From the NCBI GenBank assembly GCA_963710605.1, contig CAVQBA010000004.1:704001-768000 (forward strand): 64,000 nucleotides of DNA. Direction: 5' to 3'. Within the stretch, counting starts at the first letter, position 1. Each line of letters starts with the position of its first letter. Positions 10,937 through 21,430 of the stretch are shown here, piece by piece. Source of the stretch: an uncultured cyanobacterium. Its GTDB lineage: Bacteria; Cyanobacteriota; Cyanobacteriia; Cyanobacteriales; Cyanobacteriaceae. The translations under genes were made by a program, and so were the position numbers. The notes under the pieces were generated by a model. The model worked only from the letters and a program-made list of their open reading frames with translations. It was not told the DNA's origin and did not search any database.

Positions 10937-11500
10937 ACTATGGTTAATTAACTAAAGATCGATCGACTACAAATGTTCTTTGTATTGACTTTATCATTTA
11001 ATGAAAAATAATCAAATTAATAATCTTATATATGAACGGCTTATTTAGACTATAATTTAAAGCGAATATCTTAATTATAAACTTAACTAAATTAATTGTA
11101 TATGACTATCATATAGTATAGTTCAAGTTATATTTAATTTAATTTTAACGGCAATTATTTATTTAAATAATTTTAACTGGAGCGTTAATTTTGATTACTA
11201 AAATATTTTTATGTCTAATCAAAAAAGAAAGTAAAAAAGAAAGTGTTTATTAGTACAAGCTTTGAGTTTTTAGTTTATTTATCATAAAATTATGTAAGTA
11301 TATTATTAATTATTTCTGATTGCTTTCTTAATGTTAACAACTATTAATTATAATTTAAGTTATCTGTAGTAATCTTATTTTGGTAAGTTAAAAAATTTAG
11401 GTAGATTAACAAAGAATTAAAAGTTAATTGATAAAATCAATCCAGAAAATTGGTAATAAAGGCGATATTTGATATTATCATTGGTTGAAATCGATCGTCT

Positions 11501-12211
11501 ATGATTATTTTCTCTTCTATGAAACCATATCAAGCTATCAAAATTATCGAATGTAATGAGCCTTTAGTGACTATTCCGCCGACAGAATTTATTTTAGAAG
11601 AGCCTTGTGCTTATGCTAAATGTGGTGCTGATTATCAAGGTAAATCAGCTTATTTTCTCAGAGAAGGAGTTTTAACTAAATTATTGCAAGCTAAAGCTCA
11701 ACTAGCTCAAATTAAACCTGATTGGCAGTTAAAAATATTTGATGCTTATCGACCAATTTCAGTTCAAAGACATATGGTTGATTATACTTTTAAGTCTTTG
11801 TGTCACGATCGACAACTTAATCCTCATCAGCTTAGTAACGAGCAAAAAGACACACTTTATCAAGAAGTATATCAAATTTGGGCAGTCCCTAGTGATAATC
11901 CGCAAACACCTCCTCCTCACAGCACAGGGGCGGCAATTGACTTAACTTTGATGACTCAACAAAAAATCGAAATTAATTTAGGTGGAGAAATAGATGAATT
12001 ATCTCCTCGCTCACATCCTGACTATTATGCTGAGGCTACTACAACGATCGAAAAACAATATCATCACGATCGTCTTCTGCTTAATCAAATTATGACTCAA
12101 GCAGGTTTTCGCCGTCATCCTCAAGAATGGTGGCATTTTTCTTATGGTGATCAATTTTATTCATGGTTAGCTAATCAAACTACAGCTAAGTATGGCAGAA
12201 TAATTCAATAA
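11501..12211 (+). CDS. D-alanyl-D-alanine dipeptidase (M15D, VanX/DdpX family)
   Basis: IFDAYRP, PPHSTGAAIDLTL, EWWHFSYGD. Confidence 0.92.
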   Translation: MIIFSSMKPYQAIKIIECNEPLVTIPPTEFILEEPCAYAKCGADYQGKSAYFLREGVLTKLLQAKAQLAQIKPDWQLKIFDAYRPISVQRHMVDYTFKSLCHDRQLNPHQLSNEQKDTLYQEVYQIWAVPSDNPQTPPPHSTGAAIDLTLMTQQKIEINLGGEIDELSPRSHPDYYAEATTTIEKQYHHDRLLLNQIMTQAGFRRHPQEWWHFSYGDQFYSWLANQTTAKYGRIIQ

Positions 12212-12461
12212 TTGATCAATCAAAAAAACTTTTTTTTATTCTTTCTTCTTCAGTCATAACCTATTATTGAGCTTGTTTATACCTCCTTACTTAGCCTCTA
12301 TTTAATCCAAAAACTATAATTTTCACTTATATTATTGATAACCAACATAAAACTATAACTACTACGAAATGTATTTTATCTACCATTATTTGGCAAATAA
12401 CAATAATAAAGTTGTGATTATGGTAAAGTATTAACGAAAAAGTTAACAAAAATTAATAATT

Positions 12462-12977
12462 ATGACTAATTTTCGATTAACGGCAGAAAAAGCATCAATG
12501 AATTGCGGTCAAACCAATCATTCGATCGTGATGACAAAAGAAAAATTTACAGCAAGTAAAAACAATTTAACTACGACTCAAGAAAAACGAGATTTAGCGT
12601 GGAAAATAGCCCCTAATCTTCTTTCTAGTTTTAAATATGCTTGGCAAGGAGTTAGATATGCTTTTACCACTCAACGTAACTTTCGGATTCATACAGCGAT
12701 GACATTCATCGCCTTGACGTGCGGTTTTGTTCTCCACGTAACTACAGTTGAAATGGCATTGATTTCTATTACTTGTGCCATGGTGATAGTTTTAGAATTA
12801 TTTAATACAGCTCTTGAATCCGTTGTGGATTTGACAGTGGAGAAAAACTTTCATGTATTGGCGAAAATAGCCAAAGATTGTGCGGCGGGTGCTGTTTTAA
12901 TCTCCGCAATCACATCTTTAATTGTTGCCGGTTTTATTTTGTTACCTCATGCGTTAGACTTAATAGTCTCAATCTAG
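12462..12977 (+). CDS. dgkA: diacylglycerol kinase family protein
   Basis: SFKYAWQG...QRNFRIH, ELFNTALESVVDL, AKIAKDCAAGAVL. Confidence 0.9.
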   Translation: MTNFRLTAEKASMNCGQTNHSIVMTKEKFTASKNNLTTTQEKRDLAWKIAPNLLSSFKYAWQGVRYAFTTQRNFRIHTAMTFIALTCGFVLHVTTVEMALISITCAMVIVLELFNTALESVVDLTVEKNFHVLAKIAKDCAAGAVLISAITSLIVAGFILLPHALDLIVSI

Positions 12978-13002
12978 TATTGATTTACGAGGAGAAAGCA
13001 GG

Positions 13003-13593
13003 TTGATTTTAGTTATCGACAACTACGACAGTTTTACCTATAACTTAGTCCAGTATTTAGGTGAATTAGGAATTGAATACGAAGTTGCTCAGGAAATTAA
13101 AGTATTTCGTAATGATCAAATTACGATCGAGCAAATAAAAGAACTTAAACCAGATGCCATTATTATTTCACCAGGTCCTGGTAATCCTGATTCTTCAGGT
13201 ATTTGCTTACAACTAGTTGAACAATTAGGTGAACAATATCCCATCTTAGGAGTTTGTCTAGGACATCAAACGATCGGTCAAGTGTACGGGGGGAAAGTAG
13301 TTGGTGCGCCAACGCTTATGCACGGTAAAACCTCACCGATTTTACATCAAAACACAGGAGTATTTGCTCAATTACCAAATCCATTAGTAGCTACTCGTTA
13401 TCATAGTTTAGTCGTCGATAAAGATTCGATACCACCAATATTAGAAATTACGGCACAAACAGAAGATGGTATCGTCATGGGTCTTAGGCATAAAAAATAT
13501 GCTCACGTTCAAGGAGTGCAATTTCATCCTGAAAGTATTCTTACTGATTGTGGGTTGAAATTATTAGGCAATTTTTTGGCAGAGTTAAATTAA
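13003..13593 (+). CDS. trpG: anthranilate/aminodeoxychorismate synthase component II (glutamine amidotransferase)
   Basis: IDNYDSFTYNL, ISPGPG, GVCLGHQ, RYHSL, GVQFHPES; TTG start with GAGGAG RBS. Confidence 0.92.
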   Translation: MILVIDNYDSFTYNLVQYLGELGIEYEVAQEIKVFRNDQITIEQIKELKPDAIIISPGPGNPDSSGICLQLVEQLGEQYPILGVCLGHQTIGQVYGGKVVGAPTLMHGKTSPILHQNTGVFAQLPNPLVATRYHSLVVDKDSIPPILEITAQTEDGIVMGLRHKKYAHVQGVQFHPESILTDCGLKLLGNFLAELN

Positions 13594-13611
13594 AAATTAA
13601 GATTAATAATT

Positions 13612-14385
13612 ATGAAACGTCGTGATTTAATTCGTTATACGGGCTATGGATTACTTAGTACACTAATCAGTAGCCGATATTTACATTCTCAACCAGCAAA
13701 TGCTCAAAATAGCCAAGGCGTAAATATTGAGTGGTTCGGACATAGTTGTTTTGTGTTTGGTAACTCACAAGCAGAAATTTTAGTTAATCCCTTCACACCT
13801 CTAGGTTGTACCGCAGGATATACTCAACCTCGTCCTGTTGTTGATATCGTCATGATTAGTAGTCGCTTGTTAGATGAAGGTTCAGCCGCAGGTTTACCTA
13901 ATAATCCTCAGTTGATGGTAGATGCGGGCGTTTATCAGGTACAAAATATCGAATTTCAAGGTATCAAAACACTTCACGATCGCAACAATGGTAGAAGATT
14001 TGGTGATAATATAGTTTGGAAATGGAATCAAGGCGGCTTAAAAATTCTTCATCTAGGTGGAATAGCTTCAAAAATAGGTATTGAAGAAAAGATACTAATG
14101 GGTTCACCTGATGTTTTATTTATCCCTGTTGGTGGTACGGCTAAAACTTATAATGCAACAGAAGCGATCGCCGCTATTGACTTTTTAAACCCCAAAATAG
14201 TTATCCCGACACAATATTTAACTACAGCCGCAGAAACTGGAAAATGCGAACTCGATTCGGTTGATACATTCGTTCAACTTGCTCAAGCTCAAGAATATAA
14301 TATTCAAAATGTTGGCGGTAGAAATTTAAGAATCACACCTCAAAATTTACCCTCAGAAGGTACTACTGTTCGCATCTTTAATTAA
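13612..14385 (+). CDS. Tat-exported MBL-fold protein
   Basis: MKRRDLIR twin-arginine signal; WFGHSCF, ILHLGG, DVLFIPVGG, PKIVIP; the metal-binding His motif looks degenerate. Confidence 0.85.
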   Translation: MKRRDLIRYTGYGLLSTLISSRYLHSQPANAQNSQGVNIEWFGHSCFVFGNSQAEILVNPFTPLGCTAGYTQPRPVVDIVMISSRLLDEGSAAGLPNNPQLMVDAGVYQVQNIEFQGIKTLHDRNNGRRFGDNIVWKWNQGGLKILHLGGIASKIGIEEKILMGSPDVLFIPVGGTAKTYNATEAIAAIDFLNPKIVIPTQYLTTAAETGKCELDSVDTFVQLAQAQEYNIQNVGGRNLRITPQNLPSEGTTVRIFN

Positions 14386-14515
14386 AAACTAAAAGGCAAT
14401 GAAAGTGAAAACAATAAATAGTACTAAAAGTGAACAGTTGTTCTCACTCAATTTATACTGAGTTTCTGCGTAGCTGAAGTATTTATTGTCAATTCTCCAT
14501 TATTTTTACTACTTA

Positions 14516-14548
14516 TTACTCCTTACTCCTTACTCCTTACTCATTACT
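14516..14548. repeat. short tandem heptamer repeat (STRR-type, TTACTCC)
   Basis: TTACTCC x3 plus TTACTCA TTACT just before the next start codon. Confidence 0.85.
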
Positions 14549-14550
14549 TT

Positions 14551-15426
14551 ATGCGTCGTCGTTGGCACAAAATACAACCCTATCTGTTTTTATTACCAGC
14601 ATTAATAATTTTAGGCATAATTGTTTTTTATCCCGCTATTCAAGCATTTTCCTTAAGCTTTTCTCGTTACGAATATGATTTAACCCAAAATCCGACTTGG
14701 ATTGGTTGGGAAAACTTTCAACGATTATCTCAAGATGAAGTGTTTCGCCGTACTGTGGTTAATACTTTGCTGTATCTAATCGGAGTTGTACCACCATTAG
14801 TTGTTTTGCCCTTATTTTTAGCTATTTTAGTCAATCAGAAACTCAAAGGTATTAATTGGTTTCGGACGGCTTATTATACACCTGTCGTAATTTCGATGGT
14901 AGTAGCAGGTATTGCTTGGAAGGCGATTTATTGGTCTAATGGTATTCTTAATCAATTTTGGTTTAGTTTGGGTTTTACCGAGGCGATACCTTGGCTAACT
15001 GATGCTAATTGGGCTATCTGGAGTGTGATGGTGGTGACTGTCTGGAAGGGCTTAGGGTATTATATGGTAATTTATTTAGCAGGATTACAAGGGGTTTCTC
15101 CTGAACTGTATGAAGCGGCATCGATCGATGGTTCTGTAGGTTGGCGAAAACACTTTGATATTACAATTCCTTTGATGAAACCTTATATTTTTTTAGTAGC
15201 TGTTATTTCGGCTTTGAGTGCGACAAAGGTTTTTGAAGAGGTTTATTTACTTACTCAAGGTGGCCCTCGTAATAGTTCTAAAACTGTGGTTTATTATTTA
15301 TATGAGAAAGCATTTCAAGATTTTGAGATTAATTATGCTTGTACGATCGGTTTGATTTTATTTATCTTTATTTTGATACTATCGATCGTTAATTTTGTTT
15401 TATCTCGTGATGTTGAATCAAGTTAG
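14551..15426 (+). CDS. carbohydrate ABC transporter permease
   Basis: PYLFLLP, YLAGLQGVSPELYEAASIDG EAA motif, LTQGGP. Confidence 0.92.
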   Translation: MRRRWHKIQPYLFLLPALIILGIIVFYPAIQAFSLSFSRYEYDLTQNPTWIGWENFQRLSQDEVFRRTVVNTLLYLIGVVPPLVVLPLFLAILVNQKLKGINWFRTAYYTPVVISMVVAGIAWKAIYWSNGILNQFWFSLGFTEAIPWLTDANWAIWSVMVVTVWKGLGYYMVIYLAGLQGVSPELYEAASIDGSVGWRKHFDITIPLMKPYIFLVAVISALSATKVFEEVYLLTQGGPRNSSKTVVYYLYEKAFQDFEINYACTIGLILFIFILILSIVNFVLSRDVESS

Positions 15427-15521
15427 AAAAATCGATCGAAATTTTACCGACAAAAATTCAAGCCCCGTTTTTACTTTAAAAAAGTGAAATATCAAATCAC
15501 ATTAAGCTATAAAAAAAAAGA

Positions 15522-17027
15522 TTAAAGAAGTTCTTTTTTGACATAAAGTCGATAGTTTTCTTTTTGTGTTTTAAGCTGATAATTTTGACTCAAAAATTCA
15601 GTTAACTCATTCCACTCAAAACGTCCTAACAAAACTTGCTCTGGCTGATATTGATTAATAACATCGACAATGTCTTGCTCCACCATAATCCCTGTTTGAA
15701 GTTGTTTGAGAGAAAGTACAGCTACAGGAGGCGGAACAGAAATACCTGAACGAAAAGCATACATTGGTAAATCTGTCAATATCCAGTTTGTTTGAGGGCT
15801 TAATTGACTAATTTCTTCAACGATACTATATCTGAGATCATCTGGAGCATTTTCGTAACCACAAGTAACCTGCCATTTTGCAACTGTACGGTATGTTTTT
15901 TTTGTTTGTTCACCGATTAAAAGTACACAACCTACAACGATCGCAAACGCAATAAAAGTAAGTATTTTTTTCTGTTTCCATTGTCGAAGAAAAGATTGCC
16001 CTGAAGTAACTTTAGTTATAATTTCTCCGATCGCATAACCTACTAAAATCAATGCAGGTATATGAATCAATATCATATGGTGATACCACACTGGTTTATG
16101 TTGTGCTAGAAGTACGAAGGCAGTTATTAACCAAGCTGTGAAATAAAAAAGACACCATTGTTTGCGTTGATAAGCGATAAATGTTGCCCAAGAAGTAAAA
16201 CATGAAAGAAATATTAGGTAATTATTTTTGAGTTCTTTTTTTAAATTAATCTCTTGAAAAACATCAACACTTCTAGCACTAGTATGATTATCAATTAAAT
16301 AATGGATGTTATCTATACCTACTAAGGTAAATAAGATTAAAAAAGTAGAGCCTAAAAATACAGCTATCCATAAAGCAGGTAATTGCCACCGTAATTTTTT
16401 ACTTTTGCTATTTTTAAAATTATGAATATTTTGCTCAATAAATATTCCGATTACAATAATCGGAGCGAGAAAAAAGGTAAATAACTTTGTTGTAATTGAT
16501 AAACTTAAAAGTAAAGCCGAAACAATCAACCAAATCTTTTTTTTACTTAAATGCCATTGTATAATTGTGGTAACTGCACCCATTGCCAAACTTAAGCAAG
16601 GCAACCCTACCATAACCCCAACGCTTAACCTTAAATAATTGGGTGAAATCAGTAATAATAGTGAGCCTATCCAAGCATGAATACTGCCCCCTAAACGATA
16701 CAATATTAACCAAGTTTGCCACAAAATAAAAGTAGAAAATAGTAATATAATAGTACGAGAAAATTCTATGTTTGGTTCAAAAACACGAAAACTAAAAGCT
16801 AATAAATGAGTTAGAATTGGTGGTTGATCGTTCCAAATTTCTTGATATAATCGATAGTCATTATTCACTAAAAAAGCTTTCATTAAATTAAATCCTTCAT
16901 CGGTATCAAATTTAAAGCAATCGAATAAATAAATAATATTTAATCCTACGATAAGTAAAAAGATTGGTAGGATAAATTGTAGCCAAATTTGATTATTATT
17001 TAATTTATTAATTGACATAAAATACAA
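15522..17027 (-). CDS. GT-C fold membrane glycosyltransferase (ArnT/PMT-like)
   Basis: FDTDEG, LYQEIWNDQPP, many transmembrane segments. Confidence 0.75.
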   Translation of the reverse strand: MYFMSINKLNNNQIWLQFILPIFLLIVGLNIIYLFDCFKFDTDEGFNLMKAFLVNNDYRLYQEIWNDQPPILTHLLAFSFRVFEPNIEFSRTIILLFSTFILWQTWLILYRLGGSIHAWIGSLLLLISPNYLRLSVGVMVGLPCLSLAMGAVTTIIQWHLSKKKIWLIVSALLLSLSITTKLFTFFLAPIIVIGIFIEQNIHNFKNSKSKKLRWQLPALWIAVFLGSTFLILFTLVGIDNIHYLIDNHTSARSVDVFQEINLKKELKNNYLIFLSCFTSWATFIAYQRKQWCLFYFTAWLITAFVLLAQHKPVWYHHMILIHIPALILVGYAIGEIITKVTSGQSFLRQWKQKKILTFIAFAIVVGCVLLIGEQTKKTYRTVAKWQVTCGYENAPDDLRYSIVEEISQLSPQTNWILTDLPMYAFRSGISVPPPVAVLSLKQLQTGIMVEQDIVDVINQYQPEQVLLGRFEWNELTEFLSQNYQLKTQKENYRLYVKKELL

Positions 17028-17058
17028 TGAAGAATTGAGAATTGCACATTCATTTTCG

Positions 17059-17086
17059 GTAGAGACAAGGCATGCTTTGTCTCTAC
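17059..17086. repeat. GTAG-type REP-like palindrome
   Basis: GTAGAGACAAGGCATGCTTTGTCTCTAC, near-perfect inverted repeat. Confidence 0.8.
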
Positions 17087-17121
17087 ATTAATTATTAATT
17101 ATTCTTGCTACTTTATAACAA

Positions 17122-17910
17122 TTATATTTCACAAACTACAGGAGTATGATCGCTAGGTTTTTCTAGCTTACGAGGTTCAACATCAATATAGCAGTTAGTT
17201 GCTTGTTTATATACCCCATCGGTAAGATAAATGTGATCGATTCGCCAACCTCTATTTTTGCTAAAGCCACCATGACGATAATCCCACCAACTGTAATAAT
17301 TACCTTCGTCAGTAAATTTACGAAAAGTATCTTTTAAACCCACTACATCTAATATCTCTTTTAATGTTTCTCTTTCGGTAGTTGAAGCCATTATATGATT
17401 ATCTTTTTTAGGAGTATAAATATCTCTATCTTCTAGGGCTATATTAAAGTCTCCACAAACTAATAATTCTTCTGAATACTCGTTTTTTAAAATGGTTAAA
17501 TATTCTTTTAATAACCTAAACCAAGCCAATTTGTAATCATATTTTTCTGAGCCAACTGAGTTACCATTAGGTACATAAAGATTAACAATTCTTACGTTAT
17601 TAATAACTGCACTAATAACTCTTTTTTGGTCATCATAAATACCAACTTTTTCGGGCGGTAAAATAGCTCCAAAACCAATTTTTAAATCAGTTAAAGGATG
17701 ACGACTAAAAATAGCAACTCCATTGTAAGCTTTTTGTCCAGAAATATAAGTGTGATAATTAATATCAGTAAATGTTTCGAGAGGGAAATCTTTATCTACC
17801 ACCTTCGTTTCTTGCAGACAAACTATATCAATCTCATTATCAACCAACCATTCTTTTACGTGTGTTTGTCTCATGCGGATTGAATTGACATTCCAAGTTG
17901 CTATTTTCAT
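17122..17910 (-). CDS. xth: exodeoxyribonuclease III
   Basis: MKIATWNVNSI, CLQETK, YNGVAI, YVPNG, CGDFNI, GWRIDH, PSDHTP. Confidence 0.96.
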   Translation of the reverse strand: MKIATWNVNSIRMRQTHVKEWLVDNEIDIVCLQETKVVDKDFPLETFTDINYHTYISGQKAYNGVAIFSRHPLTDLKIGFGAILPPEKVGIYDDQKRVISAVINNVRIVNLYVPNGNSVGSEKYDYKLAWFRLLKEYLTILKNEYSEELLVCGDFNIALEDRDIYTPKKDNHIMASTTERETLKEILDVVGLKDTFRKFTDEGNYYSWWDYRHGGFSKNRGWRIDHIYLTDGVYKQATNCYIDVEPRKLEKPSDHTPVVCEI

Positions 17911-18061
17911 ATATCGATCGATGATAATACTTCAGCTTTGGTAGAAACTGAGCGTTGTCGAAGTTAAGTATAAGTTGGTAATCGATCATTATAATAAAGC
18001 CAAATGGACATTTATGAATTGACAATCAAATATCTTTATTATCTATAATGATATTACTAAT

Positions 18062-18457
18062 TTATCGATCGGACGTTTTCGTCTTTTGAATCATTTCTTG
18101 AATTGTTTCAGTTTCGCTAATTTCGTAAAGACTAATCAAACCATCCTCAATAGTAAATATTTGCTGAATTATTGCATCCGCAAGTGTATTCCCTTGTAAA
18201 TCTTTGATAACTTGATGAACGGTAACGACGTTTCGATTATTTTCATCAGTCTCAAATTTTAGCGTCTCAAGTTCGGGTTGAATATTTTTAAATTGATTAA
18301 TCCAATATTCACGTACTGCGTCACGTCCGTAAACAAAACCACCTTCTACTCCGTTTGCCCATTTCACATCTGGACGCATAAAGGAGATAATTGTTTCAAT
18401 TTCACGGTTGTTGAAGGCATCGTATAGATTTTGCAGAAATTGTTGATTTGAACTCAT
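18062..18457 (-). CDS. NTF2/SnoaL-like family protein
   Basis: LYDAFNNRE...PDVKWANGVEGGFVYGRDAVREYW. Confidence 0.85.
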   Translation of the reverse strand: MSSNQQFLQNLYDAFNNREIETIISFMRPDVKWANGVEGGFVYGRDAVREYWINQFKNIQPELETLKFETDENNRNVVTVHQVIKDLQGNTLADAIIQQIFTIEDGLISLYEISETETIQEMIQKTKTSDR

Positions 18458-18623
18458 AAATTATTACCATAAGTAAGAGCGAGAGTTTAATTAAAACAAG
18501 ACAGCAACACAACGGCAACTTCTTCGCCATTTATTATACATTACTCCTTTTCTTTTAACTCGTGTAAGCCCACAGACTTAAAGCGTTTGGAAACATTATC
18601 TATTACGGTTTTATAGTCGTTTG

Positions 18624-18652
18624 GTAGGGACGTAGCACTGCTACGTCCCTAC
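18624..18652. repeat. GTAG-type REP-like perfect palindrome
   Basis: GTAGGGACGTAGC-ACT-GCTACGTCCCTAC, within a TATAG...CTATA frame (18612-18687). Confidence 0.85.
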
Positions 18653-18723
18653 ATTGTAATGATTGGTTTTTACTTGAAATTACTATAAGTTTGTTAAAAA
18701 GCGATCGATTGTTAGGTTTCTTT

Positions 18724-18751
18724 TTATCAATTATCAATTATCAATTATCAA
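18724..18751. repeat. short tandem heptamer repeat (TTATCAA x4)
   Basis: directly visible just after the devC stop. Confidence 0.85.
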
Positions 18752-18754
18752 TTG

Positions 18755-19906
18755 CTAGAATATATCCGCAGGGTCAGCAGATTTAAGTTTATTAACAGCG
18801 ATCGCACCAGAAAGAAAACACATAGCCAAAGTCAGTAAATAAACAGACAAAACCAAAGACTTAGTCATGGCTACAGGTAAACCAGTTGCCGCCGCAGTTT
18901 GTGCATAGAAAAAAGCGGAAATTGCCCAACCGGGTAAAAAACCAACACAAGCCAGAATAATCGCCTGTTGAAACACCAGAATTAATAAATAGTTATTGGT
19001 ATAACCCATCGCTTTGAGAGTAGCATATTCAGGCAAATGATCGGCTACATCGGTATAAAGAATTTGATAGACAATTACAATCCCGACAATTAAACCCATA
19101 ATTGCACCAAGGGTAAAAATAAAACCGATCGCAGTACTAGTTTCCCAATAAGTACGCTCAAAATCAATAAACTCTTCCTTAGAAAAAACTAAGACATTAC
19201 CACCAGAAAATTTTTGTCTTAATGTTTCTATCACTAATTCCTGATTCGCATTTTCTTCAAGTTGAATCACACCAACATCAATTAAGCCTTGTTGCCGATT
19301 AGGAAATAAACGTAAAAAATTCAAATCACTAGTAATAAAATTACCATCAGCACCAAAAGTTGAGCCAATTTCGACTAAGCCACCGACAGTAATCTCTCGC
19401 CCATCAATTTCAGTTTTAAGCTGTTTTTGGGTTTGATAAAGTGTCGCAATATCACCAAATTCAATCCGAGATTTTTGATCGAATAAAATAACATCGGGTA
19501 ATTTTAATTTGTCTAAATTTTCTTCGATTCCGGGTAAATTTAAAATATTTTCTTTAGGGTTAAAACCGATCGCCATTATCTGTCTGGTAGTTTGATTTTC
19601 AGGATTTTTCCAAATACCAAAACCAACATACATTGGATTAACTGAAGCGACTCCTTCTACTCCTAATGATTCGTAAAGATGACGAGAAGAAAAACTTTTC
19701 ATGGCAATTAAAGCCGTTGATTGAGGATTAATTAAAAAGACATCCCCTTCTATTTCTTGGTGCAAACGAATTGAGGCGGTAAATAAAGCACTTTTAAAAC
19801 CTAACTGCATGAAGATTAGAATGTCAGCAAAACTAATTCCTGCGATCGCAATTAATAAACGGACTTTTTCTTTACTTAGTTGTAACCATGCTAAAGGAGT
19901 TTTCAT
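18755..19906 (-). CDS. devC: DevC-family ABC exporter permease
   Basis: KTPLAWLQL, MQLGF, YQILYTDVADHLPEYATLKAMGY, C-terminal ADPADIF. Confidence 0.93.
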   Translation of the reverse strand: MKTPLAWLQLSKEKVRLLIAIAGISFADILIFMQLGFKSALFTASIRLHQEIEGDVFLINPQSTALIAMKSFSSRHLYESLGVEGVASVNPMYVGFGIWKNPENQTTRQIMAIGFNPKENILNLPGIEENLDKLKLPDVILFDQKSRIEFGDIATLYQTQKQLKTEIDGREITVGGLVEIGSTFGADGNFITSDLNFLRLFPNRQQGLIDVGVIQLEENANQELVIETLRQKFSGGNVLVFSKEEFIDFERTYWETSTAIGFIFTLGAIMGLIVGIVIVYQILYTDVADHLPEYATLKAMGYTNNYLLILVFQQAIILACVGFLPGWAISAFFYAQTAAATGLPVAMTKSLVLSVYLLTLAMCFLSGAIAVNKLKSADPADIF

Positions 19907-21204
19907 AATAATATATCAACTATAACTTGCGAATAAATTAAATTTTCAACTATAGCATTATCTTCAGTATCGATCGCTATTTTTACCTCAACTACCCTCG
20001 CATCAACACTTGCGGCAGGATCAGTTTCTAAGACATCTTTTTTACCAATTTTACGACTAATCTCAATTACTTCTCCTGTAATACGATCGTCAAAACTATT
20101 ATTTTCACTCACAATAGTCGCACTTTGTCCTAATTTTATCTTACTAATATCACTTTCATATACCTCCGCAATCACCAGCATTTGGGATGTATTTGCCATT
20201 TCCACCACTCCTTCTTCACTTTCGATATTTTCACCAACACGAGCCATCACGTCGATGATAGTACCGTTTATGGGAGCTTTGATAACGGTTAATTCTAAAT
20301 CAATTTCAGCTTGTTTTATTAACGCCATTGCTCGATCGATTTGGGCTTGGGCTTGGGCAACATCTACTGTTCTGATTTCGGCGATTTCGTCTAATTTAGC
20401 TCTGGCTTCAGCTATTTGTTGAGTTAAGGTATTACGATTTTGGGTAGCTTCAGCTTGGGCTTGTTGAATTTCTTGCTCTAAGGTGGTAACTGTACGAGAA
20501 TAACTAGCTTGTGCTTCCTGATATTGTTGCTCGGTAGTAGCAAGGGTTAATTGCCTAGTCTCCAAATTAGATTGAGATATTACACCATCAGTTGCTAATT
20601 GACTATAACGTCGGTATTCGGCTTGAGCGTTATCTACTTCGGCTGAATATCGGGCAATAGTGGCTTGTTTTTCTTTTCTTTCGCTACTTAGTTGAGCTTG
20701 AAGTCGAGCTATTCTTGCTTTATCTGTAGCTATAACTCCTTGTAATTGAGCTTGTAAACGATCGATTGTCGCTTTTTGGGCTTCAATAGTTCCTTGTTTT
20801 GCACCTGCTTGAATAATGGCTAAGTTTGTTCGAGCTACTTCTAAGTCTTTTCTCGTACTTTCTAATTCAGCTTTTTTTAATTCGTAATCTGAAGTAATAG
20901 CAATAATATCACCTTGAGTAACAACACTTCCTTGATTAACTAATAATTGGGTTACTTTTGCACCTGAGAGACTTGGTGCGGCGGCGACTTTAATCACCTC
21001 TGATTGAGGCTCTATTCTACCTAAAGCACTAACAGAAGTGATCGCTTTTTCGTTAACTAATGGTGTTTCTACCTGCTGGGTTTGGCTTTGCCTAAATAAA
21101 TAAATTCCTGTACCCGTAACCATAACTATACCGACTATTCCAGCGACGATCGCTATTCTCTTACTATGTTTGTTTTTGTAATTAGAAGTTATTTGTTCGC
21201 CCAT
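19903..21204 (-). CDS. devB: DevB-family membrane fusion protein (HlyD-like)
   Basis: VSALGRIEPQSEVI, long coiled coil, AEVYESDI, VDARVVEVKI; 4-nt overlap with devC. Confidence 0.92.
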   Translation of the reverse strand: MGEQITSNYKNKHSKRIAIVAGIVGIVMVTGTGIYLFRQSQTQQVETPLVNEKAITSVSALGRIEPQSEVIKVAAAPSLSGAKVTQLLVNQGSVVTQGDIIAITSDYELKKAELESTRKDLEVARTNLAIIQAGAKQGTIEAQKATIDRLQAQLQGVIATDKARIARLQAQLSSERKEKQATIARYSAEVDNAQAEYRRYSQLATDGVISQSNLETRQLTLATTEQQYQEAQASYSRTVTTLEQEIQQAQAEATQNRNTLTQQIAEARAKLDEIAEIRTVDVAQAQAQIDRAMALIKQAEIDLELTVIKAPINGTIIDVMARVGENIESEEGVVEMANTSQMLVIAEVYESDISKIKLGQSATIVSENNSFDDRITGEVIEISRKIGKKDVLETDPAASVDARVVEVKIAIDTEDNAIVENLIYSQVIVDILL

Positions 21205-21218
21205 AGTTTGTCAACTAT

Positions 21219-21277
21219 TATACTAGACGGTTCGGTCTGATTTACCTATTAATTATATACTAGACTAGACAGTCTGG
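21219..21277. promoter_or_regulatory. two putative TetR operators in the divergent devB/tetR promoter
   Basis: TATACTAGAC-GGTTCG-GTCTG (to 21239) and TATACTAGAC-TAGACA-GTCTG (to 21276): repeated AGAC-N6-GTCT palindrome. Confidence 0.7.
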
Positions 21278-21430
21278 TTTAGTTAATCAAACAAATGAAT
21301 AAATAAATAAATTAAATTATTATTGAGAATTATGCAAAAAAACTAATTAATCTCAGTTTGTTACCTAATATAAATAGCAGAAAAGAAAGATTTAATTTAA
21401 TAGTTTTAAATTAGGAAATAGTAAGTATAA

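Noticed and set aside
18062-18457. SnoaL gene as a second integron cassette
   Set aside because: No GTTRRRY/RYYYAAC pair or attC-like fold recognised around it
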